A stretch of DNA of 24,102 nucleotides from Pseudomonadota bacterium (GTDB lineage: Bacteria; Myxococcota; JACRCW01; JAFGSX01), in the NCBI GenBank assembly GCA_043821645.1, contig JBDRCO010000004.1:1-24102 (forward strand), given 5' to 3'. The translations under genes and the position numbers were made by a program. Shown piece by piece: positions 19,646 through 24,102 of the stretch. The first letter of the stretch is position 1, and each line of letters begins with the position of its first letter. The notes beneath the pieces were generated by a model that saw nothing but the letters and a program-made list of their open reading frames with translations, was not told where the DNA came from and did no database searches.

Positions 19646-20875
19646 ATGCGCATCCTGGTCTCGACCGTGGGCAGCCGTGGCGATGTGCAGCCCATGCTCG
19701 CGCTCGCCCTCGAGCTGCAGGGCCGCGGCCATCAGCTGCTGTTTGCGGCGCCGCCGGAGAACCAGGCCTGGGTCGAGGGCCGGGATCTGCGCTTCCACGC
19801 CGTGGGCGTGGATCTGATGAAAGCGGTCGAGGGCATCTACACCCACCGCGTGGGCCTGGGGACGCTCACGCGCTTTGTTCGCGATCGCATTGCCGAGCAG
19901 TTCGATGACCTGTTGCCCCTGGCGGACGCGTTCGACTTGTACCTGGGCGGCGGTCTGCAGCTCGCCCTGCCCAGTGTGGCCGAGGCGCGCCAGCGACCTT
20001 ATGCCTATACCGCCTTCAGCCCGTGCCTGCTGCGTTCGTCGCAGCACGCGCCGGTGTTCTTCGCCGCGCAGCGACTTCCTCGGTGGTTGAACCGGATCCT
20101 GTGGGCGATGTACGTGGGCGCGGGCACCCGGGCCACCCGCGGCATGCTGGGGCAGCAGCGCCATCGCCTGGGGCTGCCACCCACACCCGACATCTACCGC
20201 TACATGTTCGAGCCCGCGGCATTGCTGCTCGCCTTCGATCCCGTGCTCGGACCACTCCCCGACGATGTCGAGGCCCGAGCTGTGAGCACGGGCTTCTTTT
20301 TTCTCGACGACGACACGCCCGTGCCCGACGCCGTGTCGCGCTTTGTCGCCCAGGGCGCTGCGCCGCTGTACGTGGGGCAGGGCAGCATGTGGCTGCGCGA
20401 CGCGCCCGCCGTGAACCGCGTGCTGCTCGACGTGCAGCAGCAGCTCGGCTGCCGCCTGATCGTGGGGCGTGGCCGCTCCGGGCTGGGTGAGGGGATGCAC
20501 GGTGAGGGTGTGCTGGTGGTCGACGCAGTGAACCATGCCGCCCTGTTCCCTCGCTGCGCGGCCGTCGTGCACCACGGCGGAGCTGGTACCACGGCCACGG
20601 CTCTGCGCGCCGGCGTGCCGCAGCTGGTGACGCCGCATTCGGCGGATCAGTTCTACTGGGCGCGGCGCGTTCATGAGCTGGGCCTGGGGCCCGCACCGCT
20701 GGCCTTTGGCTCGCTGTCCACCCGGCCCCTGGTCGCCAGGCTCCGCGCTGTGCTCGAGGACGGTGCGTGTGCGGACCGGGCGCGGGTCGAGAGTGAGCGC
20801 CTGGCGCAGACCAGCGGCACGGCCGTCGCCGCCCGGGCGCTGGAAACTCTCGTCGAGGGCGGTACCTGGGGCTAA
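19646..20875 (+). CDS. GT1-family (GT-B) glycosyltransferase, sterol/glycopeptide GT-like
   Basis: MRILVSTVGSRGDVQPMLALA N-terminal motif, VHHGGAGTT-ALRAGVPQ and DQFYWARRV. Confidence 0.93.
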   Translation: MRILVSTVGSRGDVQPMLALALELQGRGHQLLFAAPPENQAWVEGRDLRFHAVGVDLMKAVEGIYTHRVGLGTLTRFVRDRIAEQFDDLLPLADAFDLYLGGGLQLALPSVAEARQRPYAYTAFSPCLLRSSQHAPVFFAAQRLPRWLNRILWAMYVGAGTRATRGMLGQQRHRLGLPPTPDIYRYMFEPAALLLAFDPVLGPLPDDVEARAVSTGFFFLDDDTPVPDAVSRFVAQGAAPLYVGQGSMWLRDAPAVNRVLLDVQQQLGCRLIVGRGRSGLGEGMHGEGVLVVDAVNHAALFPRCAAVVHHGGAGTTATALRAGVPQLVTPHSADQFYWARRVHELGLGPAPLAFGSLSTRPLVARLRAVLEDGACADRARVESERLAQTSGTAVAARALETLVEGGTWG

Positions 20876-20906
20876 AAAAAACGAGGGTCCCGCGGGGGAC
20901 CCTCGT
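20874..20906 (-). terminator. Rho-independent terminator after mtsC-like copy 3
   Basis: Minus-strand RNA ACGAGGGUCCC-CCGC-GGGACCCUCGU-UUUUUUU. The plus-strand A-tract overlaps the GT stop codon TAA. Confidence 0.88.
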
Positions 20907-20934
20907 CGAGGCATGAACGCCTCGGGGTTCGACT

Positions 20935-22260
20935 CTAGCCGCGGCGGCGCAGCCCCACCAGGGCCAGGCCCAGGAGGACCAGCAGGCCGGCGCTCGAGCC
21001 ACTCGCGGTCAGGGCGCTGCAGCCCAGGGCCTCACCGGTGACCACGATGGTCATGGTCTGCTTGTCCGAGGTCAGGCTGGGGTACATCTCGTCGTCGAAC
21101 ACCAGGTTGGTCTGCAGCTCGACCTCGTACTCACCCGGGGTGCGCGCCACGAAGCTGGCCACGCGCTCCTTCTGGTAGTGGAACTCCCAGGGCGACGAGA
21201 AGTTGACCGTACCGTTCGAGTTCTCGATCTCGGCGTCAGCACCGGCGGGGCGACGGGTCACCTTCCAGGCGTAGCGGGTCGGCGCATTGGGGCGGTTGGT
21301 GAACATGCGCAGGCGGATGCGCTCGCCGGTCAGGATGGTCATGTCCGGGCCCGGGCGGCCCTGGAAGCGGCTGGCCGGGTTGAGGCAGCGGCCGCCGTCG
21401 GCGCTGTCGACCACGAAGCAGAAGCTGGAGTCGCAGGCGTCGCCCAGGCCGTCGCGGTCGGCGTTGAGCTGGTTGGTGTTGGCGGTCAGGCGGCAGTTGT
21501 CGATGGTGTTGGGCACGCCGTCGTTGTCGAGGTCCAGGTCGCAGGCGTCGCCGATGCCGTCCAGGTCGCTGTCGCGGTTGTCCTCGGCGGCGGTCATGGC
21601 ACACAGGTCGATGCTGTCCGGGATGCCGTCGTTGTCGCTGTCCATGTCGCAACGGTCGTCGCTGCCATCGGTCACCCCGGCGAGCAGCGGGCAGGGGTCG
21701 GTGACATCAGGCAGGCCATCCGCGTCGTCGTCGTCGTCACAGGCATTGCCCAGGCCGTTGCCGCTGGTGTCGAGCTGACCCGGGTTGGGCTGCAGCCAGC
21801 AGTTGTCCATCTGGTTGGACACGCCGTCGCCGTCGGCATCGTCGTCGCAGGCATTGCCCACGAAGTTGCCGTTGGCGTCGGCCTGGTCGGGATTGCTGTG
21901 GCTGGGGCAGTTGTCGCAGGCGTCACCGAAGCCGTCGCCGTCCGAGTCTTCCTGGGCCGCGTTCACGGCGAAGGGGCAGTTGTCATAATCGTCTTCCCAG
22001 CCGTCGACGTCGAAGTCGTCGGCGTACTGGTAGGTATCACCCATGTCCGTGTTCGCGATCAGGATGCTGCCGGCCACGCACACGCCGCCGTTGCAGATGC
22101 AGTCTCCGCCCTCGACACAGGGATTGGAGCCGCCGCTTTCGTAGGGCGTGCCGCAGGCGCCACCACCGCACTCGGCCTGGGCCATGGCGGTATTCGCCAG
22201 GACCAGGGCCAGGGCCGCGAGGCTACAGTTCGCCAGGACCGTCAGGGTTCGTCGTGCCAT
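20935..22260 (-). CDS. mtsC: TSP type-3 repeat MYXO-CTERM surface protein, MtsC-like copy 3
   Basis: Likely start is ATG 22260 after AAGGAGG (MARRTLTVLANCSLAALALVLANTAMA-QAEC). Colinear paralog with a variant N-terminal Cys loop. Ends GCS...LGLALVGLRRRG. Confidence 0.85.
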   Translation of the reverse strand: MARRTLTVLANCSLAALALVLANTAMAQAECGGGACGTPYESGGSNPCVEGGDCICNGGVCVAGSILIANTDMGDTYQYADDFDVDGWEDDYDNCPFAVNAAQEDSDGDGFGDACDNCPSHSNPDQADANGNFVGNACDDDADGDGVSNQMDNCWLQPNPGQLDTSGNGLGNACDDDDDADGLPDVTDPCPLLAGVTDGSDDRCDMDSDNDGIPDSIDLCAMTAAEDNRDSDLDGIGDACDLDLDNDGVPNTIDNCRLTANTNQLNADRDGLGDACDSSFCFVVDSADGGRCLNPASRFQGRPGPDMTILTGERIRLRMFTNRPNAPTRYAWKVTRRPAGADAEIENSNGTVNFSSPWEFHYQKERVASFVARTPGEYEVELQTNLVFDDEMYPSLTSDKQTMTIVVTGEALGCSALTASGSSAGLLVLLGLALVGLRRRG

Positions 22261-22316
22261 GGGTTCCTCCTTGATAACGCTCGAAGCGTGGTTTCGTTCG
22301 TGTCGAGGAGGGATAA

Positions 22317-22333
22317 AGCGAGAGCCGTGCCAG
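22317..22333 (-). promoter_or_regulatory. sigma54 promoter of mtsC-like copy 3
   Basis: Minus strand CTGGCACGGCTCTCGCT has a consensus -24 TGGCAC and GG-N10-GC spacing. An AT-rich tract lies immediately upstream (about 22336-22397). Confidence 0.85.
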
Positions 22334-22415
22334 CTTGAAAAAATTAAAAAAAACACACAAAAACAAGATGATAGACATTTCGAATAACTCAAAAATCGAG
22401 ATGTAGGGAAATGTC

Positions 22416-22488
22416 TGGGGACTCTGGCCCCCAGTTTCGGGCGTGTGGACTCCACACCTCAGCGACGAGTTGCGGAGTGCAGTCCCCA
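22416..22488. repeat. Candidate enhancer boxes shared by divergent sigma54 promoters
   Basis: TGGGGACTCTGGCCCCCA (22416), a central box around the palindrome GTGTGGACTCCACAC (about 22439-22461) and TGCGGAGTGCAGTCCCCA (22471). Confidence 0.7.
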
Positions 22489-22615
22489 CCGGCCCAGCAA
22501 GAATGGGTCAAGGTTTCGTGGAGCCCGCGGGGCTGCGACGGGCAGCGCGGGCGAGTTCGATTTCCGGACTGGTCGCGGCGCGCGGCCACGTGTCATGGTC
22601 CGCGGCAGGTGGGGG

Positions 22616-22632
22616 GTGGCATTGCCTGTGCT
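22616..22632 (+). promoter_or_regulatory. sigma54 promoter of the divergent beta-propeller gene
   Basis: GTGGCATTGCCTGTGCT has GG-N10-GC spacing and lies about 45 nt before ATG 22677. Confidence 0.65.
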
Positions 22633-22676
22633 TCTGCTATCCTCTCAGGTGGACCGACCCTGTGCAGGAGGTGGTG

Positions 22677-24102
22677 ATGTCCCGAATCGAGCGCGGGCTT
22701 GGATCGCTGATGCTGGCTGCAGCGTGCCTGGTCCTGGTCGGCGGCGAGTGCCCTGGCGGCAGCGACAGGCCTGACTTCGACGGCGGCCTCGACGGCGGCG
22801 GGCGCGATGTCAGCGTGGTGCAGGTCAAGCTCTACGACTGGAACATCAGCCGGGGCTTCACCTCGGAGTCTCCGTCGCCAGTGGCACCCCTGGCCACGGC
22901 GGTGGGCCCGGGCGGTCGCATCGCGGTGGGCTATTACAAGGCGCCAGACCCGGTGGTGCCCTACCACTGCGTCACCAATCTGGGCGAGAGCGACATCGAG
23001 GACATCGACCTCAAGCTGGCGCGCTTCGATGGCGCCGCCTGGACCACCGATCTCGTCGAGACCGTGCACTCCCCCGACGCCTATGCGACGCTCTACGACG
23101 CGGCGGGCGGGTTGCAGATGGTGTACATGGCCGGCCCCACCACGGGGACCTACTGCGGGGTGTCGCAGCTCTTTGGTCGCTACATCAACGGGGCCGGGCT
23201 CGGATCCCCGACCACCCTGGTGGCCAACTCGGCGACCGGTGACGCCTGCCGGCTGATGCAGAACGCCTGCAATGCAGGAGACAACGCGGGGCGGTTCCCG
23301 AGCCTCGAGCTGCTGCCCGACGGGCGCATGCTGCTGGCCTACCAGGACACCCACTTCAACTTTGGCCAGCAGACCGACATCGAGGGCAGTGACCTCGAGG
23401 TGATCGTGGGCACCGCGCCGCTGGCAGCCGGTGGGCGCGCCTGCCTGGACGACTCGAGCGGAGCCGGAGCCTTTCTGGACACCTTCGTGGGCATGGGGGG
23501 CCGGCCCGCGGTGGCTTACTGGGTTCCGGTCACCCACAACTTCAACAGCACGGGCTGCCTGGACAACCCACCGGTGGCCGAGGGCACCTCGTACAACTGG
23601 AAGCGCGGCATGTACGTGGCACAGCTGCGTGACGACGATACCTGGGACAATCTCTACATCGCGGACATCATCGTGAACCAGCGCCTGGCCGCGGCCTATA
23701 CCGAGAGCGATGGCTACATGGTGGCCTATCGCCTGGGCAGTTCCCTGGCCGCGTACTTCTCGGCCGACGGAGTGACCTGGCAGAGCCGCAACATCGACAG
23801 CGCCGGTCGAAATGGCGTGTCACCCTCGGCCCTGGTCGACGGGCAGGGACGCATCCTCATCGCCTATGGCAAGTGCTCCAACTCGCCTGGCGCGAGCTGT
23901 GCGCCGGCCCAGGATGCCGTGCGCATCGCGGTGCTGAGCGGTGGCCAGTGGAAGACCGAGGACGTGGTCAACGACAGTGACGAGCTCGACGGTACCGAGG
24001 TGCACCTGCACCTGGATCCGGACAGCGGCAACCCGGTCGTCGTGTACCGCGCCGCCGCGTCCCAGCAGGTCATGATCGCGCGCGGCACGCCGCACACCAA
24101 CT
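22677..24102 (+). CDS. Exported, probably lipoprotein, beta-propeller protein with a BNR/Asp-box (3'-truncated; absent from the ORF track)
   Basis: AGGAGG precedes ATG 22677. My translation stays open to the window end (about 475 codons): MSRIERGLGSLMLAAACLVLVGGECPGG...GPGGRIAVGYY...PDGRMLLAYQD...SADGVTW...DGQGRILIAYG...DSGNPVVVY. Confidence 0.85.
   Translation, partial: MSRIERGLGSLMLAAACLVLVGGECPGGSDRPDFDGGLDGGGRDVSVVQVKLYDWNISRGFTSESPSPVAPLATAVGPGGRIAVGYYKAPDPVVPYHCVTNLGESDIEDIDLKLARFDGAAWTTDLVETVHSPDAYATLYDAAGGLQMVYMAGPTTGTYCGVSQLFGRYINGAGLGSPTTLVANSATGDACRLMQNACNAGDNAGRFPSLELLPDGRMLLAYQDTHFNFGQQTDIEGSDLEVIVGTAPLAAGGRACLDDSSGAGAFLDTFVGMGGRPAVAYWVPVTHNFNSTGCLDNPPVAEGTSYNWKRGMYVAQLRDDDTWDNLYIADIIVNQRLAAAYTESDGYMVAYRLGSSLAAYFSADGVTWQSRNIDSAGRNGVSPSALVDGQGRILIAYGKCSNSPGASCAPAQDAVRIAVLSGGQWKTEDVVNDSDELDGTEVHLHLDPDSGNPVVVYRAAASQQVMIARGTPHTN

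Noticed and set aside
22261-22455. 65-aa N-terminal extension of mtsC copy 3 (likewise 19475-19645 for the GT)
   Set aside because: It runs through promoter and enhancer DNA. The RBS, signal peptide or family motif point to the downstream ATG.

Overview
High-GC DNA with a Myxococcota-like gene complement (FHA-sigma54 activator, MYXO-CTERM proteins, Cys-rich lipoproteins); the taxon is inferred. The left part (1-9337) holds a partial GGEEF diguanylate cyclase, a PilZ-REC protein, a GH3-family amido synthetase and a HAD phosphatase in tandem. These are followed by an FmdB-type zinc ribbon protein, a Tat-signal metallophosphoesterase, a lipoprotein, serC, an FHA-sigma54 enhancer-binding protein and an Ig-like lipoprotein. 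The right part (9694-24102) is an expanded mts-like (Myxococcus thrombospondin-like cohesion) locus. It has three MtsC-like TSP3/MYXO-CTERM paralogs, two vWA-TSP3 lipoproteins, a large Cys-rich lipoprotein, an inserted GT1 glycosyltransferase and a divergent beta-propeller exported protein that the ORF track missed. The main unannotated signal is regulatory. There are five correctly spaced sigma54 -24/-12 promoters, arrays of an 18-bp palindrome (TGGGGACT-NN-AGTCCCCA) at conserved distances upstream of each mtsC copy, and a terminator after each copy, so each paralog looks like a separately switchable cassette. All family assignments come from motif reading and recall, with no database search.
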